DNA from: Basidiobolus meristosporus CBS 931.73
Lineage: Eukaryota; Fungi; Basidiobolomycota
DNA length: 64,000 nucleotides
Assembly (NCBI GenBank): GCA_002104905.1
Contig: MCFE01000187.1
Coordinates: 73,614 to 137,613, forward strand
Direction: 5' to 3'
The notes below the pieces were generated by a model, which did no database searches, was not told where the DNA came from, and saw only the letters and a list, made by a program, of their open reading frames with translations. Shown piece by piece: positions 27,002 through 39,755 of this stretch. The translations under genes and the position numbers were made by a program. Positions within the stretch are counted from its first letter, which is position 1. Every line of letters starts with the position of its first letter.

Positions 27002-28888
27002 ACACAGACAGCATAAGAGGTTTTGCCAGGATCATGGCCAGCGTTTTGCCTCACAGGTCATACTTGACCATTCACCAGTCACTACAGTACCAACAATATC
27101 TTGCCAGCCACTTGGCACTTCTATAAAGGTGCCTGGCCTTACTTGTCACCTAATGTAAATGGAGTCACAAGAGTTTGTGATGCCTTTAGGCTCACTCCAG
27201 CGTACTGAATATGGCACATAGAGAGATAGCTCTGAAGAAGCCAGCTCACTGATGGATTGTGAGCCTATCTTCCCTTACAATAGTACCCTGCATGAGCCTG
27301 ACAATATCCTAATATGCAATGAGACAAACCCATGAAGAAAAACTTGAAGGATAATATGAAGTCAGGTGAGCCAAGTAATTCATCCACTGGTGAGTGAAGT
27401 GATGTAGTGGCTAGAGAAGTGGCCCATTTCCACTAATATCAGTATTGGTTGCTTTGAGGATTCACTACCACTTCTTGCTAAAATCATCCCAGGTTGAAAC
27501 TTACAATATATATGGTACAAATGAACAAGTGTCATGAGTCAGGCAACAAATTACCCAAAGACCATCCTGATACCAGCATGTGCTAACAGTTACAGAGAAA
27601 TTACATCAGAAAATGCCACCATTGCAAGGTTTCCACCATTTGAGGAATCCACCTCTATTGGGGGAAAATATTGCCCATTCTCTGGATACATTTCAGAAGT
27701 ATCCCATCTAACAAAGCTCTGGCAGTCCAACAAAAACTTTAAAGCTATAAAGTACCACTCTTTGCATCAACCAGGCGCAAACATTTCTAATATTATCATG
27801 CTCAACATTACAAACATCAAAGAAGCAAGGGCTATTTTGAAGGTATGTATGACCATGCCCTAGCCTTGGCACTTGATGAATTCTCATTAAGCAAGTACAG
27901 TAACAGTAAATCCTGCTGGCCACTGATTCTCATTGACCTAAGTCTGTCACCTATCTTACAGTATCTGTGCAGAAAGCTGATAGTATTATTACTGTATTTG
28001 GGCCTAAATCACTGTTTAACCTGGCTAGCTACCAGTATTCATTTCTGGATGAATTTTCTATGCTCCCCAGTTGGATGACAGTAAATTGCTGTCATGTCAA
28101 AGCACCTATTATTATCTGCATTGGAGATACACCAGCCAGCAGCAAGATAGCTGACTTTTCTGGGCACAATGAACAGTACTGCTTACAAATGTGTGAGATT
28201 CAGGGGACTTACTCCATAACTCACAGATTATTATCTTCCAAGCACTAGCATTAAGAACATCATTTCCTGCAAAGTGAACATACAATAGTCAGCAAGCAAA
28301 TGCTACAAAGTTGGCACGCTATCAGCCATTGGCCAGAATAAAGAATCAATTGGAAACTGGAGATACCTAAGATATAGGGTATCTGTTAGAGCAAATGCTT
28401 TCCACTGGGAGCAATGCATTTCCTTTTCAACAATATTCCTACACTAATGACCAAATTGTACATGGTGCACTTCAAGCTAAATTACCCTTCAGGATACCAG
28501 TATCTGCTACCCTGAGTACATCTCAGAGGCTCCAGTCAACATTTATATGCCTATGCAGCAATGCAAGTGTAAGGACTGGATGAACTAGATATGTATTTTT
28601 TCAAGTGGCCTTCTGAAACCATTTCTGCCAAGAGTACATTGGAAGCATTGGGAGTCATAGATGAACATTATAGGAATATTCATCCAGAAGCAGATCACCA
28701 ATACCAACTTCACACATCTACAGCTTTTGTGTAAAGGGTTGGTTATTAGATTTGAGTAGCTATACTACCAGTTTAAAGCTGAATGTGTAGAACTCTGCTG
28801 CCACAGTATCCACTTGCTACCCCATGTTGCTTAGTGCACTGAGAATACTTGACCTTACTTGACCTTTTGGGAGTTTCCTAAGGAGCAG

Positions 28889-29948
28889 TGTAGTGGGGTC
28901 AGAGTGACACCCACTAACGGATGTGCTTGTTCCCATATTCTATACTTCCATATTTCTCTACTACACTTATTTTAGTTTTATCCCATTTGTCTTACCTGAC
29001 CAGCACTATCCCATAAGCCTGATGACTAGCACACTGCTTACCTTTTTGCATAGGTTTTCCCTCACTTTATGTAAGATTACTAGCAGTGCGTCTATACTAG
29101 GCAGGTACCCATGCCAGTAAACATGACACATGATCAACCTGTGTCACCATCCCTACCATTTCAATTACCATATATAGTATCCCCATGTTACACTGGTTTC
29201 AGAGCACCAATTCTGGATTGGTTGGATGTGCTGTGTCTGTTAGAACCTTCCAGCTCCTACTTAGAACATTCTTAGGTCATTCTGATATCATGAAGATTTC
29301 TATTGATATCCAGAACTTTCAGGAACACCATGATCAGTATTCACTTAGTCAGTAAGCAAAGTATATAAGGGAGGCAATCCCTCAACAATAAATCATCATG
29401 CCTTTTATCAATATACTAACTTATGGATTAGTATGATTACTGCTACCTGCTGCTACCTAAACTTCCAACCACAGGACACTCCCAGGAAACCGCACAGACA
29501 GCCAACTGAGCTTGGAGGCACTACTTGTGAGGAATACTCAGAGTAGGTATCTTTTATTATATTTGATTCTTACTCAAGCTTGTTCTTGTACAGGCAAAGA
29601 TACTTTTCTGTCTTTGTAACTATTGACCACAGCTGCATTCTTATCAGGTCCCTGCTGGTGGAGTTTACAGTTGTTTTGACTTTGGAAGCTTTAGTGCATT
29701 CTCATCTCAAAGGATGCTGAGCCCAGCACATACTTTTGTTAAGATGCCAACTAAGTTGGGGATTGTAGCTCAATAGTTTTCCCTTGACATGCTTATGGCT
29801 TTATTCCCCATCACATTAAACTTGAGACAGAGCCCAAGTATTCCTAGCAAGCTTTTGCTAGAAGTTATTGCACCCATTGAATATCCCACACACAAAACAC
29901 TTGATAAGCATTGGATGTATCTCTCCCTTAAACCTATACACCACCACA
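28889..29948 (+). mobile_element. Solo LTR, family B
   Basis: TGTAGTGGGG...ACCACCACA. TSD GCAG/GCAG. Inserted in a CACTA transposase. Confidence 0.92.
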
Positions 29949-31101
29949 GCAGATGTGTAGGGAGATCGGAAGACAAGTCAAGTAACAGGTACTACCATAT
30001 CCTAATCTCAGCAAGAATATTACCTTCAAGTCTAACATGGATGTGATGAATTGGCACAAGAGGACAGCCAAGAAGAGTTGGAAAATACTGTGAACAGATG
30101 TGCCCTTGGAGACACTTTTTTCTATGGAGTTAAGAAGCTAAGCAGCCCAAATGCATGGGTAATCAGTTAAGTAATGCAAAGCTGGGTTGGCTGCTACAAG
30201 CAACTAATTTCTTTTAGGAAAACTCTACCAAGGTATGCCAGATTTCTCTTGGTTGCAAGCCAATTTTTACATCATTTAATACAGAACTTGCACAAACAAT
30301 AGCCAGAGTGCACCTACAAGAGGGACTAGAACTCAGTTGGGAGAGGGTATATATATGCCAAATACTGGAAAGTTCCTTGCAGATATTCAGTAGGAATCCG
30401 TGGTAAAAGTGGCAGCAGCCAAGCATATGTTTTCAAGATATATATGTCACCAGCAATAAAAGGTGTACAACTACTTTGCAAGATTTACACTAAAAAGCCG
30501 TAAAGTTGAGGTGATGGGAGTATGTCAATTGTAATAAGTGTGCACATTTGCAGAGGTTTGTATGCAGGAGGCCATATTATTTTTGACTAAAACTATATGT
30601 GGAGTACCTAAGGTAGTAGTGGGTAACCAAATACACAGGGGTGATTTTACAGTGGAATATTTCAATTGCACAAGGGGAGGTGGAAAAAGAAATCTCATTT
30701 GGAAAATTGATACAGTAGCATTATACAGAACTAGCTTTAGGCTGCCATGCTGCCATTATAATGCCATCAGAGGCTTGCAATGAGACTGTCAAAACCTTGT
30801 CAGGTTTTTTGCCATGTAAGGCAATTGGATATACATGCCAGTTAGATCCACTTGAGTAGCTGTAGAGCACACTAAGACCACAACAATGCCATACCACCCT
30901 TAGCCAAAACTGTACAAACACTGTTATGTTTTTTAACTTTATTTGGCTAGAAAACTTGCCATTCACTGTGGTGATCCTGTTATAAGATTGTGTATATGGT
31001 AATTAATTCCAAGCTACTGGTATTACTACAGTCTCTAATTGGGATCTTGATGGCTAATATAGATTGGATCCACCAGCAAGACCAAATTATTTTTCATAGG
31101 G

Positions 31102-31260
31102 ATAGAATGTAGCCATAGATCTAGTCAAATACTTTATTGGTTGGTAGAAGGAAAGAACTCAGACAGAAGTGAGCTATTGTAGACCTCAGACTATTGAAGA
31201 AGCTATGAATATAACCCCTGACTATGGCTTGGCTATGTTTGGAGTTGAGAAACCCACAAT
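31102..31260 (+). pseudogene. Family-A gag fragment (continuation of 18555-19117)
   Basis: Matches [36 protein letters not shown] of the intact gag. Confidence 0.85.
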
Positions 31261-31379
31261 TCCTATGAGAGAAAATTCTGCTGGTCCTGTCAGAAGGTGG
31301 TCAGAAACTGTAGGTCCTGTGACTGAGAAGCTTTTAACGGTAAAATTTTGTGTACTCATCTTCAAGAGACAGGGGTAAG

Positions 31380-31900
31380 TTTGGGTCCATGATGCTCAAA
31401 GGGTGGGAAAAGCTTTTGAGAAGAACAAAGAGGTAATGGGGAGGATAGCAAGCATGTTAAAAGAGTCAAAATTGGAAGTGTTGCCAAAAAAGAAGAACAT
31501 ATTTAGTTGTTAAGACTGATGAGGCTGGATGACATAGAGGTTGTGATGGTATGTAAAGCATTGTATGAGACAAAGCGTGGGGTGACAAGGACTGCACAAG
31601 CATCAGGGGTGGGGTTAGTGTCATCAGTGGGATGTGCAAAATATCCAACATAAGCGGTAATGGTAGCAGGGAGGGTAGCAAAAGAATATGGTGTGGAGGT
31701 ACCAGATTCAGAGAGGATGTTTAAGCAGTGGATATCAGAGGGGGTATTTTTAATAAGCATGGAGCATATAAAAAATTTGTCAAGATAGGTATATTTGAAG
31801 AAAGAAGGGAAAGTGGTAACAATATTGAAGGAAAAAGATAAAATGAGTTTATTAGATTGTGTGGGGTTGGAATATTTAATTAAAGTGTCAAGTATTCCAG
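31380..31900 (-). pseudogene. Probable non-LTR (LINE) AP-endonuclease remnant
   Basis: Minus strand SFSFNI..PSDIHCLN..ACAVLVTP..NLYV..FGN(T)SN loosely follows the EEP motif order; heavily decayed. Confidence 0.35.
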
Positions 31901-32164
31901 AAAAGGACTTGACAGGGAAGGATTGGCACAAGATCAAGTACTTACTAAGGCAACTGAAATGTTGGTATATGAGATGGAAGTATTACTGGTTTTGTGGTAT
32001 CTGTGAATATAAATGGTTTACAATTAGTAGGATAGCAGGTTTGATGTGAAAGTATTAGATTAATATTGGTAAAGATGCAAATAGATTTTTAAAATGTAAT
32101 AATGTCAAATTTGGTAGAAATAGTTTTTTTTCATGACAAGATAAGTTGTTTTCCAAAGTAGATT

Positions 32165-33030
32165 GGAGGAATGGATACAACTAATACTATATTCAAGATA
32201 AATAAGAGTTTTGTTGAAGAATTTTTTATCATGAGAAAAGAATTGATGGGAAAAAAATTTTGACAAAGAGGATTTGTATCAGGAGGTGGCTAATGTTATA
32301 CTTGATAACAGGTAAAGGTTTGTCAGCCACATTTATCTTGAATGAAAAAAAACTTTTTTAAAAAGGTTTTGACAAAAGAAAAGTATTAAGGATGTAGCTA
32401 ATGTTGAATTTAGTGGGAGCACAAGTTTTATCAAATTAGTATTTTCTTGGATGAGATAAAATTTGACAGACAAGATTTGTGAACTGGATGCAACTAATGT
32501 TACATTTCATGGAAGCACAAGTTTGGTCAAATTTTTATTATCTTCAATAAAAAAAAGCTTATAAAAAAGTTTCAACAAAAAAGATTTCTGAACTGGACAC
32601 AGCTAATATTATACACAATGGAAGCACAAGTTTGGACAAGTTGCTTTTATTGTGGGCAAATAATAAGTTTTTTAAAAAGTTTCAGCTAAGAAGATTTGTG
32701 AGCTAGATGAGGCTAATGTTATATTTAATGGAAGCATAACTTTTGTCAAACAAGTGTTATGTTGGACTTGTTATATTTAATGAAAGCATAACTTTTGTCA
32801 AAAATTCTTTTATCTTGGGCAAGAACAATTTTTTATAAGTTTTAACAAAAAAGATTTGTAAACTGGATGTGACCAATGTTATACTTAACGGAAATACAAG
32901 TTTGGTCCAAAAATATTTTCTTTTGGACAAAAATGTTTGTATTCAGGATGAGTCTAATGTTCAAATAATCTTTATATTTGACAAAAAATCTTTTGACAAA
33001 AAAAAATTTGTATTCAGGATGCAACTAACA
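32165..33030. repeat. Degenerate tandem repeat, ~9 x 100-110 bp, coding-like (LRR-like on the minus strand)
   Basis: Recurrent ctggatg..ctaatgtta..atggaagcacaagtttgg. Minus frame reads LTKLVLPxNxTLxxSSxQI. Confidence 0.7.
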
Positions 33031-34446
33031 TCTAAAAATGCCTCTATTACCTGAATCCATTACTGGATGAAATTTGTTTGCTTTGCAGCGGGATAACAGT
33101 GAATGCCATCAAGTCAAAGCACATCTTATTATCTGGATTGGAAATACCCAGCCATCAGCAAGATTTCTGGCTTTTCTGGGCACAAAATTGGTATTGCTGC
33201 CAAAGGTGTGAGATCTAAAAGATTTACTCCATAACTCACATACATTGTTATTGCCAAAATGCTAACCCAAGAACATCATCTTTCTGGCAAGAGGATGCAA
33301 AGAAGGCAATATGCAATTGTAGCAAAGTTGGCAAGCTATAAACTATTGGCAGGAATATCAAGCTAATTGGAGGCCAGAGCTACTAAAGATATTGGGTATC
33401 TGTTGGAGCAAAAGCTTTCCTGTGTTAACAATGCATTTCTTTTTCAGCACTATCCATATACTGATGACCAAATTGTTCACGGGGTATTCCAAGCAAAATG
33501 AGCTCTTTGCAATACCAGAGAAATTTAAAAGAATTGCCAAGTTATTTCAGACAATCTGCTACCCTGAGTACTTCTCATGGTCTCCAATTAGCATTCATAT
33601 TCTGCTCATTTGGTGTCACAATCTCTCTGTACTCAGTTTGCACATGTTGATGTGTTTAGCTGAATGCTGTTACAGTAGTGCTAAGTGTCCTGCAAGTTGT
33701 TATTGTTATATTTGTGGCCAACAAGTGCCCAAATATCACTTGTGATGCAAAACACTGGCCAGGATCATTGCAATATCCCCATTGGTATCTTCATGTGACA
33801 TGGCTGCAAGGCTTGGTACAGCAGCCACATGGCCTTTTTTCTCCTCTCTTTTGAGTTGAATCAAAGCAGTCTTATCAATGGGGCAAACCGATCAACACTT
33901 AATAAAGCTATGCTAACATATCATGATTTGTCAATATTCATGTGATTGTAAGACTTTCTTGTATTTGAGATGTTGCACCTGCATGAATGTACAATTCAAT
34001 ACCCACAAACCACTGTAAAAGTTTTACATATAGTTGTGGCACAACATACACATCTATATGTAAAATTATTTCTCCTTTGATTTAAGTTGCCTCCATATGT
34101 GTATTCTACCAAAAAATATAGCAGAGCTGACTGAATTGCAACTGAACCTCACCACAGACAATGGCAGAAGAATGATTGAGTAACAGCATGCTTTACATTT
34201 GGTGCAATAAGTGGAGCTACATTCAGACTAACCATGATGAAATTGTACTCACTGAGGTAACAATTTGTACCTCTCAGGCTATCAGCCAGGTTGACCACAG
34301 ACAGTCTCTGCAAAGCCACAAGCTGGCCATAATGCTCAAGCAGATGAGAATATATCAAATGCAGTACCTGCAATGGAAGAACAGCAAATAGACTTGTACC
34401 ATTGAATAGTGCCACATAGTGCCAGCCAATTTAAAATGCTGGATTT

Positions 34447-35700
34447 TGTTATAAAGGTTGTGGAAATATTGGAAGTAGCTTGAGAGCAAGTAGAGCCTGC
34501 GGTTTCCACTGAATGATTAGTTATATGCAAGAGTAGTGCAATACTTTTGCATGGTCTAGGCATAATGTACATGTGGAGTAAGCCTAGGGAGGACCCAAGT
34601 GTTGAAAAAATTTGTAATTCCACCCATATACTCACCTATCTTTGTCATTAAGACCATTGCTACAAATCTCACATAATATTTATCAACTTCTTTGTTGGGA
34701 TTTACTTAAAATATCTCTACAAAATATCAGATACCCTGAATATAAAAGCTCTTAAAGTTGTATAAACAGCCCCAAACTTTGCACACATGTTCTTAGGACC
34801 TTCCTAAGTCCATTATATATGCCTATTATGGCAAATCTATTGCAGGATAGACTCTTATTTGAAAACATTTAGTTTCAAATGGAGTAATGCTGACTATAGT
34901 ATCTACTCTTAGCCAGAGGGAGCAAATATAGCTTGATTAGCTTTGTATGCCCATGATCTTATTATAGTCATCAATCAGCAGGAAACCATGGAAGAGACTA
35001 TATCCATTCTAACTAAGGTGCTCAAGATGTTCAATCTATGAGAGCTCAGTCACTACCTAGGCATAATGTTCTCCATTAACAGAAGTGCCCAGACTATTAC
35101 CCTCAGCTAGTCCAAGTATATTCAAGATATGCCAAAGAAATATTAAAAGAATGTGTGTAAACTGGCAGCTACCCCAATAAAGACAAACTTTGGCTTGGTC
35201 AAAAATCAACCAAACCAAGACAGCTTAGTGCCATCTAAAAGCCCTGACTTTCCTCATTATTTACTTGGAATGTATTAGCAAGATATCAGGTACCCAGAAA
35301 ATGAAAATTCTCAGAGTTATCTGGACAGCCCCAAACTTTGCTCACATGTTCTGGGGACATCCCTAGGCCTACACTGCATGTTTATTGTGCTAAGACTATG
35401 TCAAAGTATAAGCACTACTTTACATTCATATATCATTAAGTGCAAAACACATAATCTACTTGTTCTTCCAATCAATTCCAATATCTCTAAGACTTTACCA
35501 ACACAAAGGCACGTGTGCAATGTTTAGGGCTGCTTGAGCAACTTTGACAAGCTTCTTGTACTAGGTATTTGATAGCTTGGTACAAAGATTCCAAGTAAAG
35601 CCCAATAAGGAATATATTCAGTATTCTCTATGATTTGTAGGTATTGATCTAAGTGACTTAGTTAGGTGATATTTAAGGTGGAACTACAAACATTACTCAT
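34447..35700 (-). mobile_element. Copia-family solo LTR (minus strand), split by a same-family insertion
   Basis: 34447-34599 and 35504-~35700 are reverse-complement halves of the ~340-bp repeat seen at 55736-56081. Right boundary approximate. Confidence 0.65.
34600..35503 (+). mobile_element. Internally deleted Copia element (LTR, RT fragment, LTR)
   Basis: TGTTGAA...CCAACA. TSD CCAAG/CAAAG. 34870-35180 reads LALYAHDLII..FNL*ELSHYLGI..LS*SKYI, which is Copia RT. Confidence 0.7.
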
Positions 35701-36748
35701 GCACATGTCTTTACACTTGGCCATTAGTAGGTTATTTCTTGTGAACTGACCAATGAAGATCCATTGGAAGTACCTCTACTGCAGGAGCCTTTGGCAAATT
35801 AACTGACATAGCTGTGCATGATACTTCAGACTAGTTCCATAAAGTCAGCTGGAGCAATTCAGTGTGGACAAGCTTCAGCACTCTATGCCTCAACAAGATG
35901 GCAAAATACTGACTACAAGCTCATATGTAGCTAAGATGATAGTCTACAAGGAATTAGCTTAGGTTTGCAAAGTGAATCACTGCCTACTCTTTCAGTGGTA
36001 ATCCCTGTGAGAAAAAGCTTGGAGAAGGCAATGCAACTGATTTGTCTTGCAGCTACCCAATTGGCCACATGCTAGCTATGACACCTGCTCCAATCACTAA
36101 CAACTTGGATATACTTGCTCCATAGGCATATGAGATACTTGGTGGCAAATCAGGTAGCTTGTGTATCAGCGAATGAGCCAATTGGGGGCTCATAGCTTCA
36201 GGATAGTTTTGAATTAATCTACCACTGACAAGCTATCAAATCAGAATGAAGGTGCCCAAAGTGATAAGTATCAGTATGGTTTACAGTGTGATATCCATTT
36301 ACTTCCATTTACACTTCAAAAACTTATCAAATACTGGATTTTACCTACCATGATAATGGTACCTGATTGCACATGTGATGTAAATATCACCAGGTGGTGA
36401 TATCTTCTATACCAGCCTTACTGTATCAGAATGTGCCACAGTGTGCACAATTGTTCCACACAATATAACATTGTCCAAAAGCAATTATGACTACTGGTAG
36501 CAACAGTATTGAGCATAGCTGTTCTTTACAACCACAGATTAGGCTGCAACCCTGGCATTGTACAATGGGACAAGTCTAATGACTATAATAACATCACTAC
36601 CAGCAGTGTTGGCAATGATGCTGCCAGCTCTTACCAAATTATTGATAAGGCAATTAGGTGCAGTAGCTAATAGAATACAAGCAATGCCTGAAGAAATCAG
36701 AAAATAGTCTGGAAACTGGATGAGTGCATAATGAGTGTATAGCAATCA

Positions 36749-37755
36749 TCCTATGATAATAATTACAATGATGCTATCAAAAGGCTATTACAAAGCTTAA
36801 TCCCACAATTGGGATCTACTGAAACATTTAGGACAAAATACAAAGACTGTAAAAATTGCTTCTCAGATTTCACAGAAAACCGGATTAAAATTTCTCACCA
36901 AAACAATATGTTAGTGCCTTTGAATTTGTTCTCTGCTAGTTTTCTCACTTTTTGAGCACATAAACTGATCACCTCAAGCAACTCCATTAATATTCACCAC
37001 TCAATAAGTATTTCTGCTGTAACACTCAGGCTCCACAACTTTGGCGGGAACCTAACAGCTTTATGCCACCGTTCATTTACTGGTTCCTACATGTCCTGGT
37101 CATCAGCCGGCACAGCAAGGTCTAGCTCCTCATCTGCCAGTCTTTGCAATAAATCCTTGCAATATTCCAGTGCATTTTCTTGAGCACTGCTCTTGAAGAA
37201 ATGCTGCAACCTTTTGGTGTGCTTATTGATGTTCCAAAACTCCACTGAAGGCATGATGATAGTCTTTTGAACTCTTGATGTTGTAGCCCTGTCTGTCAGT
37301 GGGATCCTCACTCTGTCAACAATGGAGGATGTGGAGGCTGTGGTAGATGAATTGCCTTTTTCAACAAACTAATCTACCTTGCTGGAGTGTAGTGCAACTG
37401 GCTGCACTTACAATTCTTGTGAAAACAGTTGTTTTCTTCTTGGTAATTCTTCTTGGCTATGATGGGATTCCATCTGTTCTGGGCTTGTGGCACTAATTGG
37501 CAAGAACTGTATTTTTTTTGGATGCCTCCCTGTCTCAGGCATGGGCAGATAGTTTTCCCTTTACCTTTTCCTTTGTTGCTCCCAGATCTTTCACTGCCAC
37601 TTTATCTGAGTACTACTTGTAAAGAACTAAGTTTTCTCCTCAATAAGTTCTGTTCTGCCTCCTCTGTTTTGGCCTGCTTGTCCCTTGCTGGCACTCTTCT
37701 GTCAACCTGATGTTTCTTTTCTGCTAATTTTGAGCTCTCAACTGTAGTTGTGACA
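36749..37755 (-). mobile_element. CACTA-like fragment: second-gene-side terminus and second-gene 3' part
   Basis: tcctatgataataatt terminus. ORF 37087-37311 MPSVEFWNINKHTKRLQHFF. Confidence 0.8.
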
Positions 37756-38330
37756 GGCTATCTAACCATACAGTATATCCAATTGCCTTATATGGCAAAA
37801 AACTCGACAGTATTTTGATGGCCTCACAGCAAGTCTTGGATAGAATCATCATGACACTATGGTGGCCTACAGCTAGTTCTGTATAATGCAACTGTACCAA
37901 TTTACCAAGTGGTATTTCCTTTTCTACCTCCCCTGGCGCAATTAATATATTCCACTGTAGAATGACCCCTCTTTATTTGCTTACCCACAACCACCTTGGG
38001 TATTCCACATATAGTTTCAATCAAAAAAAACTATGGCCACCTGCTTACTAACCTCTACAAACATGCATACCTGCCACAATTGACATACTTCCATCACCTC
38101 AACTTTACGGCTTTTTAGTGTGATACTTGCAAAGTTGCCATATACCTTGTACTGCTGGTAACATACACATCTTGCAAACAAATGCTTGGTTGTTGCCACT
38201 TCTGCCATAAATACCTCCTGAATATCCAGAATGAACTGCTTGGTATTTAGCCAATATATTCCTTCTCCCTGCTGGATTCTAGTCCCCCTTTTAGGTACTC
38301 TCTAGCTTTTGTTTGTGTGAATTCTGTATT

Positions 38331-38511
38331 AGACTTGTTCCATTGTGCCATTGGTCATAATGCCTGAAAGTGCTGTATGTTTTGTTATTAATTTGATATT
38401 TTAGGGTCATATGCATGTCAATTTTGATCCCAAATTGACACTATATGGCACCATCTGGCATGCTATGGCACTATTGGGTACTATGATCAGCTGAAATGCT
38501 GAAACAAGTCT
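38331..38511. mobile_element. MITE of the Harbinger-like family (181 bp)
   Basis: AGACTTGTT...AACAAGTCT. TSD ATT/ATT; the empty site ctgtattgaatgg is seen at ~7740. Confidence 0.9.
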
Positions 38512-38944
38512 ATTGAATGGTGTAGGAGTTGGCTTGTGACCACAAAAAATCCGGCATATCTTAGTAGAGTTTTCCTGAAAAAAATTAGTTGCTTGTTGCA
38601 CCCAACCCAACTTTGCATTACTTCACTGATTACCCATGCATTAGGGCTGCTTAGCTTCTTAATACCATAAACATGGGTGTCTCCATGTGCACATCTGTCC
38701 TGAGTATTTTCCAACTCTTTCTGGCTGTCCTCTATGTGCCAACTCATCACATTCATGACAGACTTGAAGGTAATATTCTTGATGAGATTGGGATATGGTA
38801 GTACCTGCAGCTTGACTTGTCTTCCTATCTTCCCACACATGCTCCATAGGAAACTACCAAAAGGTGAAGCAAGGCCCAATATTCTCCACACACCGTGCAA
38901 GATGGAATAGAGAATGGATACAGTAGCAGCAGAGATCTACACAT

Positions 38945-39755
38945 TGTGGTAGGGTAAACATACCTCCCACAGACAAGTTTATTCATATAGCCATTATGAT
39001 ATACTTATCCATATTTTATCTTATCAGTAATATCCCATTCTTCTTTTGCTGGTATTATCAGCATTATCCCCATATGATATTTACCCTGATTAGTTAATAG
39101 CATTAGTTATCCCAGATGTTATTCAGCTTTGTGATCAGTATATGTATCTACACAAGGCAAGTACCCACGTCAGTACCTGTGACACATGACCTATGTCTGT
39201 GTAGCCATCCCTAACATTTCAATACCATATATGGTATTTCTATGTTGCACAGGTTTCAGACTACTGATTCCTGATACCTGATTGGTTGGATGAGCTGTGC
39301 CTTTTAGAACCTTTCAGGACATTCTTGGCATATTTTCAACTCAAATTGATGTTATCAAGAGTTCCACTGCTCCCTAGAATCTTCTAGAACCTTGTCATTA
39401 GTAATCACTTGGCAATCAGGAAAAGTATTTAAGGGAAAACAATCCCTCATCAATAAATCATCCCTTCTATCAGTAACACTTCTCCCTTATTAATTAGCAG
39501 TTGATCACTGCACCTGCCTTCAACAGTACATCTCAGACCTGCCATCAAGGAGCTTTTCAGGGTAGTGCACAAGACACACAGAGGCCTTTGGAGACACTTG
39601 GAGCACCTAGGAAGCTTGAGAAGCAGGAGCTTTTTCCATAGTGACATATTGACAAAGACACCAGCAGTTTAGACACAGAGGCTATTGCACCCATCAGACA
39701 CCTCACACACCTTGAGTTGTGTAGCTTCTCCCAGGAGTACCTCTACACCACCACA
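38945..39755 (+). mobile_element. Solo LTR, family C (811 bp)
   Basis: TGTGGTAGGG...ACCACCACA. TSD ACAT/GCAT; the empty site is seen at ~8170. Confidence 0.9.

Larger units (their letters stand above)
19118..31101. mobile_element. CACTA-like element with both termini (~4.9 kb without nested inserts), reversed relative to 6918-12732
   Basis: Termini CCCTATG...CATAGGG. 3-bp TSD AAA/ATA. Flanks rejoin into family-A gag (caaattgaaa|gaatg). Contains Gypsy A and two solo B LTRs. Confidence 0.85.
34390..36577 (-). mobile_element. Old, internally deleted copy of the Harbinger-like element
   Basis: Termini agacttgtacc...gggacaagtct. TSD AAT/AAT. 35720-36577 is the reverse complement of the accessory-gene 3' end and left arm of 51481-54937. 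Confidence 0.85.
31261..36748. mobile_element. Rearranged CACTA-like copy: terminus, foreign 1.7-kb segment, transposase fragments (~33060-34000, -), second gene (+) split by an old Harbinger-like copy
   Basis: Terminus tcctatgaga..ggtcctg at 31261. MGICWSKSFPVLTMHFFF transposase piece. Second-gene sequence on both sides of 34390-36577. Confidence 0.6.
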
